Positions 41,746-55,700 of a stretch of 64,000 nt of DNA are shown piece by piece. Under the pieces are notes generated by a model. The model searched no databases and was not told the DNA's origin. It worked only from the letters and a program-made list of their open reading frames with translations. A program made the translations under genes and the position numbers. The DNA lies in the NCBI GenBank assembly GCA_038087875.1, contig CM075989.1, positions 15,004,001 to 15,068,000 on the forward strand, read 5' to 3'. This stretch comes from Malacoraja senta (Eukaryota). Each line of letters begins with the position of its first letter. Position 1 is the first letter of the stretch.

Positions 41746-42107
41746 AATAAATATTTGGTGATTCTTGCTTCCCTGAAGACAGAAAATCACACAGCTGCAA
41801 CTGCCAGAGTGCCAACAATTATCTGTTATCTCAGCCCAGTCACCATTATTCAAGCAAGTGAAAGTGTTGGCAAAGGGTTCAACTGCACTTAGCTTCATAT
41901 CCCAGCCTCATTCTGCACTGGTTTATTTTATTTATACATCCATTCAAATCCATGAAAAATACATCAGCTGCCCAAATACAATTATTGCTACTGTTGCAGA
42001 AAAAGGTTTTGATATTAGTATTTACAATAATGGAAATATCTTACCAACGTACTGTATACTGTTACTGAAATATCTAACAATTTAACACACTCTGCTCCCC
42101 ACTCTAG

Positions 42108-42515
42108 TGTAGAAATGCTGGAGTGACTTAGTGAGCATCCATGGAGAACATGGAAAGGTGATGTTTCAGGTTCCATCGTCAGATTGATGAAGATTCACCA
42201 ATCCATGTTCTTCAGGGATGCTGCCTGACCTGCTGAGTTACTCCAGCATTTGGTGTCTTTCCTTAGTAAATCAGCATCTGCAGTTCCTTGTTTCCCCACA
42301 CAAGGATATCTTAGAGGGTAGTTTGAACAAAATGTCCTGCAACATTCATGGGCGGGTGATCAGGAGTGGGAACTAGTTTAAGGTCTGAAGAAGGGTCTCA
42401 ACCCTAAACGTCACCCATTCCTTCTCCCCAGAGATGCCGCCTGTCCCGCTGAGTTACTCCAGCATTTTGTGTCCATCGTCGATTTAAACCAGCATCTGCA
42501 GTTCATTCCTACACA
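42108..42515. mobile_element. Two Penelope-derived mini-elements (42108-42300, 42382-42515)
   Basis: GGTCTGAAGAAGGGTCTCAACCCTAAACGTCACCC core and shared arm. Confidence 0.75.
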
Positions 42516-43339
42516 TCAGGTCTTCCCAGTCCCGTTGTACCTCCTGGACCATTACTCAGTTAAATCTGTGGAGTCCCTGCACTAGGAGTTCCAGATCTGT
42601 ACAGCTCTTCGGACCAGGTGATACATTCACTAACTTGGGCCCTCAAGGATGGTAAGTGAAAGAGTGCTTTGTTTACAGCAATAACAATTTACAAGGATTT
42701 ATTGCTTATGTCAGCTTTTCATCACTATACCACCAGCTTAACTTTCACAAAACATACACTGGACTGTGTGTAGTTTCCAGAATTGACACCATTACCCAAT
42801 TTGTCTCAAATGAAAACCTATTAAAACACTAAGGCCCCTTTCAGTTTATCCACACACAATTCAAGTTTATTTGGCGTTAATGAAAAGAACCTTCATTCTA
42901 TGAAAAACATTTTTTTTTTAAAGTTTCTCTAAATTATCAGAAACATGCATGAACAACATCCAGCTTGAGTTTCAGACAGGTATTCGTTAAATGGCAGCAC
43001 ACGAGCTGGCTCAATTGCGGAAAAATGCTGCTTTTTTTAATTAGTCCATCAGGCCCTTATTAATCTGCATTTTTTTAGCCCGGTATTTAGTGCACTCAGT
43101 AGGAAATTTAAAATAATAACGTATTCACACACTTTAAGGTCAGACATGTTTTGAGATGGAGGCACAAAAAACTGTGGATGCTGGAATTTTGAGCAAAGCA
43201 CTGGAGGAACTCATCCAGTGAGACTGCATCTGTGGGAGCAATGGACAGGCAACTTTTCTGGTCAGGACCTTTCACAGCTTTTGAGATGTCAGAGAGAGAA
43301 AAAAAAAAGTGCAGAATAAAAAGAAAATAAATCATGTTG

Positions 43340-44243
43340 ATGGTCATAGTGCGAACTCCATCATCAAGTTCGCTGACGACACCACTGTTGTGGGACGTAT
43401 CACTGATGGGGACGAGTCAGAGTATAGAAGAGAGATCGACCGACTGACCAAATGGTGTCAGCACAATAACCTGGTCCTCAACACCAGCAAAACCAAGGAA
43501 CTGATTGTAGACTTTGGAAGTGGTAGGATGGGGACCCACAGTCCCGTTTATATCAACGGGTCGATGGTGGAAAGGGTCAAGAGCTTCAAATTCCTGGGCG
43601 TGCACATCTCTGAAGATCTCTCCTGGTCTGAGAACACTGATGCAATTATAAAGAAAGCACATCAGTGCCTCTACTTCCTGAGAAGATTACGGAGAGTCGG
43701 TATGTCAAGGAGGACTCTCTCTAACTTCTACAGGTGCACAGTAGAGAGCATGCTGACCGGTTGCATCATGGCTCGGTTCGGCAACTTGAGTGCCCAGGAG
43801 CGAAAAAGACTACAAAAAGTAGTAAACACTGCCCAGTCCATCATCGGCTCTGACCTCCCTACCATCAAGGGGATCTATCGCAGTCGCTGCCTCAAAAAGG
43901 CTGGCAGCATCATCAAGGACCCACACCATCCTGGCCACACACTCATCTCCCCGCTACCTTCAGGTAGAAGATACAGGAGCCTGGAGACTGCAACGTCCAG
44001 GTTCAGGAATAGCTACTTCCCCACAGCCATCAGGCTATTAAACTCAACTCATACAAAACTCTGAACATTCATAGCCTATTATCTGTTTATTTGCACTTTA
44101 TCTGTTTATTTATATAATGGTATATGGACACACAGATGTGTTCTGTATTATTCATGCCTACTATATTCTGTTGTGCTGAAGCAAAGCAAGAATTTCATTG
44201 TCCTATCTGGGACACATGACAATAAACTCTCTTGAATCTTGAA
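43340..44243 (+). mobile_element. 5'-truncated Rex1/Babar-type LINE; RT C-terminal ORF still open to 44064
   Basis: KFADDTTVVG..WC..NNL.LNTSKTKELIVDF..FKFLGVHI..LYFLRRL; AATAAACTCTCTTGAATCTTGAA tail. Confidence 0.92.
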
Positions 44244-44640
44244 CGAAAAGATGCAGATTATACTTCCTTCATTTCCACAAGCAACTTAAAACACAATATT
44301 ATTTCTCTAAACCCAAACCAAATGAATAATCTGATTATAAGTTTGACTTAGTAAAAAGCTGCAGTGAGGTCAAGGGTTTGTAAATGATCTGTATTTTCTG
44401 TGCTCTTTTCCTTTCCATTCGTCAACCTTCAGCCACAAGTGTGTGCTGTCAGAGGCAACCCTTCTGTATTCCTCCTGCCACTCCCACGTTATAATTAGAA
44501 GCCAGGAGGTGGAGGGGCAATGCCAGCATTCTTCCCAGCTCTCCTAAAAGTGAGTAAACACTACATATGGAAAGATATATTGTTGACAGGTTTGCAAGGC
44601 AAACATCCCTGGCATTCAAACCTGCCACTCATGGGCAGAG

Positions 44641-44922
44641 TTAAGCCCCTGTCCCATGATGCGAGTTTACCCAAGAGCTCTCCGAGTTTAAAAAAAATCA
44701 AACTCGTGGTACTTCATCACGAGTATTTTTTTACTTGGACATTTTTTACACTGTTGAAACACGAGTTTCCGCGTTTCCCGAGTACCTGCCGTTAGCATTA
44801 CGAGCCGCTACGAGACATCCACGAGCTCCGACGTACATTCTACGTACTTACCACGGGTTTGATTTTTTTTTAAACTCGGGAGAACTCTTGGGTAAACTCA
44901 CATTGTGGGACAAGGGCCTTTA
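44641..44922. mobile_element. MITE with long TIRs (GCCCCTGTCCCA termini)
   Basis: ~70-bp imperfect inverted ends GAGTTTACCCAAGAG..AAAATCAAACTCGTGG / CCACGGGTTTGATTTT..CTCTTGGGTAAACTC. Confidence 0.85.
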
Positions 44923-46077
44923 GCACTCCGACTGAAACACAGGCAGCAGGCTCTTTGCCAAGATGTTACGCAAATGTGCTGTCAATTCAAAGAAGCCACT
45001 CCAAGGAGATTGCTCAATTTCCTCAGGCAGCATTCGTCTTTTATCTATGTAGCTTATTTTGTCTTTAAGACTACATCTATTCAAATTTAAATTTCTCGAG
45101 GGTCAGATCTTTGGCAGAAAAAGTTAAATTATTTCAGAAAGTTACTGATTTCGTTACTGAAGACGACGACAGGCGTTCTAATCGTTATGGAATAAGGACG
45201 GGCGTTTGACAGTGTGGCGACATCAGCATTGAAGGGTAATTCAACGAAGATATTAATCTGAATAGCAATGCAAAATCATCCATTATATTTGGAAAAAAAG
45301 CTGCATCAAATATTCCTTTAAAGTATAAAATCACTTATTCATAACATTATAATGAATAATATTACAGCCTATCGACCATGTAATTTTTTTCCAAATATTT
45401 AAAATCTGTGCTAAGAGAAGCTTCCGAACATTTGGCAAAATCAATCACTGTATTAGGGACTCTCCATTGCACCAGTCTCACTGTCAATGTTTTAGTATGA
45501 ATAAAGGTCAGTTCTTGGCAATGCAAGTCAATTTTACAACAGATGGAAGGTTTCACCATTGGAAAGGTTTGAATCTATACAGCAACCTGTCCCTACACTT
45601 GCAGTAATGCTTCAAGCTTTGACAAACCATTCTTTCATAACTGGCCACCTGTAGTCTTAAGAAAAACAAATCTGCACTCGTATTGCATTCCAGTTTAACC
45701 ACTTAAAGAATCCGAATAAAATAAAAAACAAACAGTACTTCTCTTCCGTGGTACAATGGGCTACTTTGTGGCTCCAGCCAGTGTGGGTAGAAGTTATACC
45801 AAGCATTCTTGGCAGAGGACATCGCTTATTCCTTGACACCACGCTGTTGCTTTTGAAAGGAAAGAAGAGCAGTCGCTGCAATGTCAAATATTGTCTTGCC
45901 TTTCCACCGATTTTTGATTGACAAACTGGGTGCGTGCAACAAGACCACAAAGAAAAGACTCCACTGGTTCAACCCTCGTCCCTGAATGCAGGCGTAGTAT
46001 ATTACTACAAACTGGACTCAACCAGGACGCTTCTCATATTTTACTGTAATCTTCTGGGTTACATTGTCACTTAATTC

Positions 46078-46384
46078 GGCATGGGGTGGCACAGCAGTAG
46101 AGTTGCTGCCATACTATGACGGAGACCCAGGTTCGATCCCGACTACAGATACTGTCTGTATGGAGATTGCACGTTCTTCCCGTGACCGCGTGGGTTTTCT
46201 CCAAGATCTTCGGTTTCCTCCCACACACCAAAGACGTACAGGTTTGTAGGTTAATTGGCTTGGTAGAAGTGTAAATTGTCCCTAGTGTGTGTAGGATAGT
46301 GTTAATGTGCAGGGATCGCTGGTTGGTGTGGACCCGATGGGCCGAAGGGCCTGTTTCCGCTCGGTATCTCCAAACTAAACTAAA
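46078..46384 (+). mobile_element. tRNA-derived V-SINE (HE1-like)
   Basis: A-box GGTGGCACAGCAG, B-box GGTTCGATCC, (AAACT)n tail. Confidence 0.88.
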
Positions 46385-46413
46385 AAACTTTAAATTATGT
46401 TCATCCTATCACC

Positions 46414-46810
46414 TTAAGCCCCTGTCCCACTTAGGAGACCTAAACAGCAACCTCTGGTGACCTTGCCCGCCACTCAAGGTTTCCATGAGGTCACCGGAGG
46501 TTTTGGTCACTCTCCCTAATGGTCGAAAGTGGTTTCCGCGTGGTCGAGGCTTCATCTAGGTTGCTGCTATTTTTTCATCGTGATTAAAACCGGCCTCGAC
46601 TAAAAATAAGTTGCCGTTTTAAAAATCGATCATTTTTTAGTCGCCGGTCTAGTCGAAGCCGGTTTTCTTCATAGCCGAGGAAGGTTTTCAACATATGCAT
46701 GGGAGGTGGTAGGAGGTTGCAGGTCACCTCGACCTTGATTTTTTTTTTGGGTGGCGGACAAGGTCATCAGAGGTTGCTGTTTAGGTCTCTTAAGTGGGAC
46801 AGGGGCTTAA
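46414..46810. mobile_element. MITE with ~60-bp TIRs flanked by TTAA
   Basis: TTAAGCCCCTGTCCCACTTAGGAGACC.../...GGTCTCTTAAGTGGGACAGGGGCTTAA. Confidence 0.9.
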
Positions 46811-46830
46811 CCAAATGTGAGCTTTCCTTG

Positions 46831-47268
46831 GTTTAATTTAGTTTAGAGATACAGTGTGGAAACAGGCCCTTCGGCCTACCGGGTCCACATTGACCAACAA
46901 TCGCTGGCTCTATCCTATACACTAGGGACAATTTACAGAAGCCAATTAACCTACAAACCTGCACATCTTTGGAATGTGGGAGGAATGTGGCCCTTGTGGC
47001 TAAAGGTACCAGGAGGTATGGAGAGAAGGCAGGTACGGGATACTGAGTTGGATGATCAGCCATGATCATATTGAATGGCGGTGCAGGCTCGAAGGGCAGA
47101 ATGGCCTACTCCTGCACCTATTTTCTATGTTTCTATGAAACCGGAGCACCCAGAAAAAAAACCCACGCCATCACAAGGAGACCGAACAAACTCCACACAG
47201 ACAGCAACCATAGTCAGGATCGAACCTGGGTCTCTGGTGTTGTAAGGCAGCAACTCTACCACTGTGCC
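46831..47268 (-). mobile_element. V-SINE (HE1-like) interrupted by a CR1 3' fragment (~46986-47137, +)
   Basis: SINE halves rejoin at GTGGGAGG|AAACCGGAGCACC. Confidence 0.85.
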
Positions 47269-48724
47269 TTCCATCTTTTCATTCTATGAAAAGGATGCAA
47301 AGGATATGGAGAACTCAGAAAAAATACCACTGCAAGGATATGCAAACTGAATAGTTGGTTTCTGCGCTACAACCATTTAGTAAGACATAGATGAATTATG
47401 TATTTCATCACGAGCAAAATACTGCGCTGGAGGAACTCAACGGATCAGGCAACGTCTGTGGAGGGGATGTAGAGGCATCGGATTAGGACCTTTCTTCAGA
47501 CTCCAGATTCCAGTATCTGCAGTTTCTACTGTGTCTGAGTATTTCATCTTACAAGTCAGGCTGGAATCAAAGACGCCACTCAGGAGGTGAAAACATTTGC
47601 AGACTGGTTGCAGTCATCAAACCAGTCTTACTCAGTAAAACTTAAACAAAGTAGCGTTGTCCACCATGTCATTTAACCATCCACCATTTTCCGATTCAAT
47701 CTATACAACAAACATACTGGGGAAAGTTTGAGCAAGACTCCCCATGCTGCCTCCGTATTAAAACACCCACCATTAACAATTACATGAGTCCAGCAGCAGA
47801 ATCCTTGCCAACATCACAACTATAATCATCTTAAATTATCATTTAAGGAACTCCACTTTTAATCAGCTTATCTTTGCCCATAAATGTGCATTGCTCATGG
47901 TATGCAAGAGTTAGAAATAATAGTTAAGATTATTATCTGATCTGATTTGTGCTGAAGGTAAAAAACAAATTAAAAAAAGATGGAGATTCAAATTCAAACA
48001 GTAACAAGAATTTGGGGTTGGGGGAGGGAAACTGATGTGTCATCTCCTAAAATGCTGTGGTACCACTCATGATATACACATTTACTCATACTTTCCTAAT
48101 GATTCGCAAGTTTTTATTTCTAAATTTGATGCTTTGGTTTCTGCATATTTTCCTATCTTCAAAATTAGGATTTCATGCAGAGTTTATGTTTCTAAAGCAT
48201 TGGCCCTTGTAACCACATCAGTTTCAGGTAACAGCATGATAATTAAAGATCCTGCATTATGAAATAATTTGTATTTAAGTTATTGGTTATAGTTATTATA
48301 TAGCTATAAATCTAACTTCTGAACTGACTACTTCATCAGTTAATGATATGAGTACTACATTGAAAATTCTTTCATGGAAGTTGAGCATTTGTTTCTCCTT
48401 AGTACTGGTTTCTATTCCCAACTGGAAACTTCAGATAACAAATTCCATGGCTTAGGTTGATTGTCTTTTAAACAAGAGTACACCATTGTTTTTACTTTGA
48501 TGATTTGACTGAGGCCATTAGAGCTAATAAGAGATCTGCACTCAGTATACATGTTTTCAAACACCAAAGGCTGCTTGGAATGCCACATCTTTCCAAGTTG
48601 GCAAGATACATTTCAAATTTGGGCAATGCTTGCTGAATCTTGCAACGTGCACATGACAATAAATAGGGTGGCACAGATGGTGATACTAAACCGAATGGCA
48701 GGATAAGTCGAGCTAGAGGAGAAC

Positions 48725-48930
48725 TACAATAGACAATAGGTGCAGGAGTGGACCATTTGGCCCTTCGAGCCAGCACCGCCATTCAATGTGATCATGGCTG
48801 ATCATCCCCAATCAGTACCCTGTTCCTGCCTTCTCCCCATATCCCCTGACTCTGCTATTTTTAAGAGCCCTATCTAGCTCTCTTTTGAAAGCATCAAGAG
48901 AACCTGCCTCCACCGCCCTCTGAGGCAGAG
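48725..48930 (-). mobile_element. CR1 3' fragment
   Basis: (CTATTGT) tail, GAGAACT(A/G)CA duplication. Confidence 0.8.
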
Positions 48931-49375
48931 AACTGCAGCTTCACAAGATATTTATGCAAAGTGCATGTAATGGAGGCGGGATTCTAATCAAATTATGTCA
49001 TCAATGTGGTGTGCAATTCACAAAATGTAATTCTAACTTGGTTTTAGTGTAGAAATAATGAAGAGTTGACCGTACACACCAATTGTCCCCGATGTAAACC
49101 ACAAGCTTGTTTAGCACCCATTGACACAAAATTAGCCGCCTTACCCTGACATTCAGTTCCTGCAAACGGTAGTGACAATACTTTTGCCTCTCCCAAAGTT
49201 CACGTTGCACACATTACTTTACCAGCCTGTTCCTTCTAATTCCTTCAACTGCTTGCATTTTGTTACAGTTTCGCCATAGTGAAGTATCCCAAGGACTCTT
49301 CTGTAACCCTTGCCAGCAAAGGCAGCCCTGAATAACCTGGCCCATCCCACAAACTGCACATTGAACAACTGTATT

Positions 49376-49696
49376 AGTATAGTAAGACCTGAGTGATCTC
49401 CTGGACAAGTGTCGATCGCCTGGATTGGGGTCGGAGAGGAATTTCCCGGATTTTTTTCCCGAATTGGACCTGGGTTTTTATCCGTTTTTTTGCCTCCCCC
49501 AGGAGATCACGCGGTTCTTGGGGTGGAGAGGGGTGATAGCGATATAAAGGGGAGGGTAGTGTCTTGTGTTCTGTGTCTTGTGTCTACTGTTTGTGGGTAA
49601 GGGTGTCTGTTTAGTGTTCAGCCATGAGCGAATGGCGGTGCGGGCTCGATGGGCCTGGTGGTCTACTCTCGCACCTACTTTCTATGTTTCTATGTT
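49376..49696 (+). mobile_element. Young CR1-type 3'UTR insertion
   Basis: Near-identical to the 21.7-kb copy; TSD AACTG(T/C)ATT. Confidence 0.85.
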
Positions 49697-52558
49697 AACT
49701 GCATTCCTTGAAACAGACCTGATTTTAATTACGTTTGGTCTTGACAAATTTTAAAACAAAAATCTAAAACTAATTGCCAAATCAAACATTTATCGACATT
49801 CTTGTCTTAATGGAGCAGGATTTTGGAGAAAAAACAATGTGGAAATTTTTATCAGTTTTTACTGCACAGGATCAGAAACCACGAGAATGATAGGGCACTC
49901 AAAAGAACAGCGCAGTAAACCTCCTTCCACCACTATTTCCCTGGCTTCACATCATAAAGCCTCCAGGGGCAGGAGTAAAATTCTGCAATTGTAGTCAAAC
50001 TGGATGCAGATTGCCTCCAGAGTATGCAAGCTAATTTTAGTTTTGAGGGGAAAAAAATGATCATTTTCCATTTTCAAGTAGATAGACTTAGAAGCAAATC
50101 AGACTTAAATTAATTTCTCTCACATAACAATCAATTATTTTGTGGAACATGGCAGTTAGAACGTTATTGACATTTTATTTTTTAATATATTGTCCCATGG
50201 AGAAAGGCTAACAAGGCAAATCTCTAAATGCAAAGGTACTATTAAAAAAAAGCCTTAACTATGATTTATTTGCATACCTGATTATGGTAGTGCTAAAGTC
50301 TTTGATATTGGGCACATTCTGGACACAAGGAATTCATGGCTTGAAATGGTACACACGTAATCTGATTTTCCTCTCAAAAGATTCTGTCTGCATCCAACAT
50401 TCTGTTCTACTTAGGAAGTCAAGGCCTTCCTTTCTACTTGGTGAGAGACATTTCAGGGACTGCATGTCTTTGTTAACCTTCCTCTTGTACTTATTATTGA
50501 TGTTTAATGAAATCCACATAGTTATTTTCAAGCCACAATGGGAAAAAAAAGACATTTTAAACAGAAATGTTATTTGCTTAGCAAGATGCCAGCATAGATC
50601 AGATAGTTTGAAGTCTGGTTGTGGATCATAGAAACATAGAAAACAGGTGCAGGAGCAGGCCATTCGCCCTTCGAGCCAGCCTAGCTGCAAGCACAAACCA
50701 GAGCACTGTTTAGATAGAAACCTGACAGCAGTAGATAAAAAATACTGTACTCTTGGCTATACCATTTGTTGGCTGGCAAATAGATATGAATGTCCTTTAC
50801 ACATGGTTATTATACAAAATTCCTGGTAACTTTTGAATAAGAGGGTAATACTTGGGCAATAATTATAACTACAATGACATTATCCCAGAGTCACTATATG
50901 ATACAGATGGAAACAGATCCTTCAGCACATCCACACCAACCAAACACTTTCATGTCCCCGTAAACTCACTCTTTCTCACGCATTCTGGTGCCACGCATAT
51001 ACACAAGAGGCAATTTGCAACAGCCAATTAACCTCCCCACCATTATTGGCATGTTAAAGGAAAGTGGAACCATTGGAGGAACCCCACATTGTCACAAGGA
51101 AGAACATGGAAACACCACACAGGCAGAACCTAAAGGAAGGATTGAACCCAGATCTCTGGAGCTGTGAGATAGCAGTGCCAACAGCTGAGCCACTGTGCTG
51201 CCCTGTTCATCTATTACACATGGTCTAATCATCCTCCACATCACTTTGCATACACAAAATGGATCGCACAAAGCAGCTTGGGCATTAGTGGAAATAGTTC
51301 AAAAGTAATTTATTTATTAAGTGTGCCTCAATGAGTCAAGTGGAAAGTATTGCCCAGCATAATGGAAGAGTTATTGGAAGTTGGCCGATTCCATGTTGAT
51401 CCCATCAGGCAGTTTTATTGTAAACACTAATGAATGGGGAATGATCAGTACATCTTTCATTTCAATTCACGAGTTCAGAAGCAAACCAGCACCAAACAAA
51501 TTCTTGTGGTGAACAAAACCTCAATGTCAAACATACAATGGAAATTATAATTTCAATGTCTATTAAGAAATTACACTGAAATTTGAGTCTCAGTTTGAAA
51601 GTTAAAGTTCAGCCCTACCCTAGAAATTTGATCACAGAATCCAGACTGATACTTGAACAGAGTATTGAAAAAAAAATGCTATGCAAAGATGGTGCTGTAT
51701 TTTTGATATGTACACATTCACCACATAAATGCAAAAGTTTTCATTGTTTTAGGATAATTATTGCTCTAACCAAAACCTTACAATTTTTCTTCATGACCAA
51801 CAGTTGAAAGAGCAAACTGTTTAAACAAGCACGCACTAGAAAACTGTTATCCACCCACCCCCAGATTTCCTTCCAACTCAAGACAGACAACATGGAAGCC
51901 GGCCCTTCAGCACATCAACCATCAACCACCCATTTACACTAATCCCCAGGAATATCCTCTCAAGGCACTGTAGTTAAAAAGGCAACCACACCCCCTTCTC
52001 TGTCCCCTGCATCTCTCTCATGTACTATAGAATATTTACTCAGGAACATTGAGCTGCCAGTTTTGCCCTTCTTTCAATCATGTGTTTGTTATGGCTATCA
52101 TATCACAGCCTCCAAACCAATCCACACCCTGAGATCACCTGTCTTTCTGTTGAGCCTCAGAATGAAATAAAATGTAGTTGAAAACATTGGTCTTTTCCTC
52201 TCTCTTTCCCATGCATTGCCTGTCCTGTCTGCTAATCTTGTTCTCTTTGACTACAGTATTTGCCCCAAACATCTCATCTGCTGCCTTTCTGCTATTGGAT
52301 GCTCACCTCCAGTTTATACCCTCCCAAGTAGCACCAGCTAATCTCACTGCCAGTATATTGGTCCCCCACTAGTTCAGGGGCAGCCTGACCCTCGTGTATA
52401 GATCACCTCTTCCCCAGAGAGATCCCAATGGTCTAAAAACCCAAACACCTGCCCCCTACCTTGCATTGATCCTACCTTGCACCTGCCCTTCTATTCCTGT
52501 CCTCATTAGCACATAGCAATGGGAGTAGTCCAGAGATTACCTTCCTTGTTCCCTAAAA

Positions 52559-52763
52559 TAGACACAAAATGCTGGAGTAACTCAGCGGGACAGGCAGCAT
52601 CTCTGGCGAGAAGGAATGGGTGACGTTTCGGGTCGAGGAAGGGTCGCGACCCGAAACGTCACCCATTCCTTCTCCTCAGAGATGCTGCCTGTCCCGCTGA
52701 GTTACTCCAGCATTTTGTGTCTATCTTCGATTTAAACCAGCATCAGCAGTTCCTTCCTACACA
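52559..52763. mobile_element. Penelope-derived fold-back mini-element (young)
   Basis: Near-perfect inverted arms with intact CpGs; centre GACGTTTCGGGTCG..CGACCCGAAACGTC. Confidence 0.88.
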
Positions 52764-55700
52764 TTTTCTAATTCCCTATATTGATTCCGCAGGACATCAT
52801 CACTTTTCCTACCTATGTCGTTGGCACACAATGACCTCTGGTTCCTCACCCTCCCCCCTGAGAATATTCTGCAGCCACTCAGAAACATCATGGACCCTGG
52901 TGATACCAGGGCAATATTACATGATCCTGGAGTCTTGACTGTGAATGTCTCAACACTTCACCTCAAATCAGAGCCGCTCCGCTATACCTTCACTTCTTAA
53001 TTGCTATACCTCTTAATGAGCCCATTCAAGGCCACTGTTTTCAGCCTTCCCACTACTGCTCTGCTCGGCCTGGCTGGACACACACTAACATAAACATTCT
53101 CTCTCAGGCAATTTATGGTTTTATATTTTCTTTAACTGCTCAGGGACCTGTCAGCAGTTACTAACTAATCTCAGGACAAACCCAAAGGTAATCTTGAGAG
53201 AGGATTATACTCCCAGATTTGCAGTATAATTCCACCTTCAAGTCCTCTGTCCATATTTTTTTATCACATGCTGTTAAATGGTAGCTAAAAGCAATAAGCA
53301 GAATAGATACAGGAAACAAAAACTAGAGCAATTATAACAATGGGATGGGATAGAATGGGGAAGCTGTAACATGGTATGCCAATATAGGTGCGAACATTGA
53401 ACATTTCAATGCAACAAAAATCAGACTGGAGAAATATTTGTTCAAAAATTTTATCTTTTCAAATAGGACTGATCATGACCCATTCACTAAGGGGATTCAA
53501 GCATCAATGTCAATTCAGTATTTCTGATCCAGTTGAATTGAGTAATCTGCTTCAACCATTTCAAAGGTCATTGAAAAATCAACTGCATCAATTTGGTATG
53601 GGGTTGTATTTAGGCAAGACTAGATGAAAACAGCATTTTGACTTTTATAATGTGCTGGAAGTTTCATGGTTACTGATCTCAGCTTTAAATCCTGATTTAA
53701 TGAATTAATTAACTGGTTAAACTGTCCAGCTGCTACAGTGATTTGATCCATCATTCTGGGCCTTTGGATTAGTAGCCCAATAATATAAATGTCATGATAC
53801 TTCATCCATGATTAAACGCTAATACCTATAATCCTCTGAATGGTACGATCTGATCGTATAGTCTACCACACAATGCACTGGACTGTGTAAGGCATATCTT
53901 CTAAAGACTAATAATGATATCCCACTACTTATCAGTGATAAATACACACAGATTTAGAGCGACAACAGAATTTTCTCTAAGCTTTAAACAGAAAAAAGAT
54001 GGTCAAAGCTTTGCCATCAAGCTAAATATGAAGGAAAAAAGATGTTTTGGCATAACATGGATATTCACAGAGAGAACGAACGACTCAAACTTAGAACAAA
54101 AAAAACACCTACAATTACTTTGATGAAAAATAACAGATAAATTTGAGGACAATCTAATTTTCCAACTATTCCCAGCATGTTTATCATCTACCCATACAGT
54201 GCAGTGAACCATAACTTAAAGGTTATAGATTTTGACAAGGATTAAATTACCCGAGCCTGCTCATTTACATGTAGTCATCAATGAATTAAGACACCCAAGG
54301 GGAGTTCACACACAACAAAATCAGAAAAAATGTACACAAGGCCACCTCGGGAGATATAAGGACAGAGGTTGGTTGAAGAGATAGGTTTAAAGCTGGGAAA
54401 GATAAGTGACCTGCAGAAGACTACAACGTTCAGAGTCAAGTCACCTGGAATTCTGGTCACCAGTGGTGGAATGATGAAAAAGTGAACAGCTTTTCAGAAT
54501 AAGAGGTGTTTGGAGATCTCAGACGACTATACGAGAATATACAGATGAAGAGAGACCAGTGGGGCCATGGAAGGACTAGAAAGCAATGATTAATTTACTT
54601 TAAAAATTGAACCATTGCTGAGCTTGAGTCATTAATGAAATTCCTAGTTCACAGGAAGGTCAGAGAGTGTACACTTAGTAATGATGAATAAAGCAGTAAA
54701 TGCAGTAATGAGTGCAAAAGAACAGCATGGTGCACGAATGCAGTGTCATCTGAGTAAAAAACTGAAGTACAATGACAGTATAACCAAATGAGGTATAATT
54801 AAGAATAAACGTATGTGGCAGTACCTCCACTTATGAAGCAAGTGATTGGTTCAGAAGTCTGATATCAGCCGGGAAGAAGCTATCAAGTCTGGGCTTTCAG
54901 GGTCCTGCATCTTCTTCTGCCAGAACGTAGCAGAGAGAAAGGGGAATGACGAGGGTGAGAGGCATTCTTGACTATACTTCTGACTGGAAGGAAGAGGCAT
55001 CCTTTATCTCCAGAGATGCTGCCTAACCCACTGAGTTACTCAAGCACTTTGTGTCCATCTCTCTTCAGACAATGTTGGCCCAAGATATAGCATTGACATT
55101 CACTCACAGTGAGTGGCCAGCAATTCTCCCTTCTATGCAGCATTAACTGCAGAACCCCATATGAAACACAGGGCCAAACAAAATATAAAACTGTTAATTA
55201 CACGAATCACTGCAATTTCTTTTCAAGACATTTAACAGATAAAATTTGAATACTGTAGTGCTTTATGCAACCACTTAGGGTCACACAGCACCCAGATACT
55301 TTTAGATTTCTGTCATTATAGGAGTGGTCTTGCAAAGTCACTAAAAGCAATCTTGACTCTGACATATGTAGACTCAAATTCCATGGGCCCCAACATGAAT
55401 GTTGACTCTGCCTTGACTGACAGACACCAGGTTGGTTGTCCTACAAGGAGAGGCAATGGGTCAAATGGTCTTGTGAGAAAGGGAAGGAAAAAGGAAAAGG
55501 AAAGAAAACAGACAGAACAAATATTTAGAGGTCACTTTACCATGTCTCAAGAGATCCCTGAAACTTAAAGAACTAATTAAAGGTGATTCATTCAAAGGCA
55601 GTACAAGCAAACAGAGTATCTAGTTTACATTAAACAAATAAATCAATGATGATGGTGGTTTGAGGAAGGATATTACCCCAGCACTGGAATCTTTCAATCA

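Noticed and set aside
46078-46150. tRNA genes at SINE heads (also 10710, 18800, 59007) and the B-box-like GGTTCGATACC at ~17060
   Set aside because: They continue into SINE bodies or lie within the LTR; no complete cloverleaf is evident.
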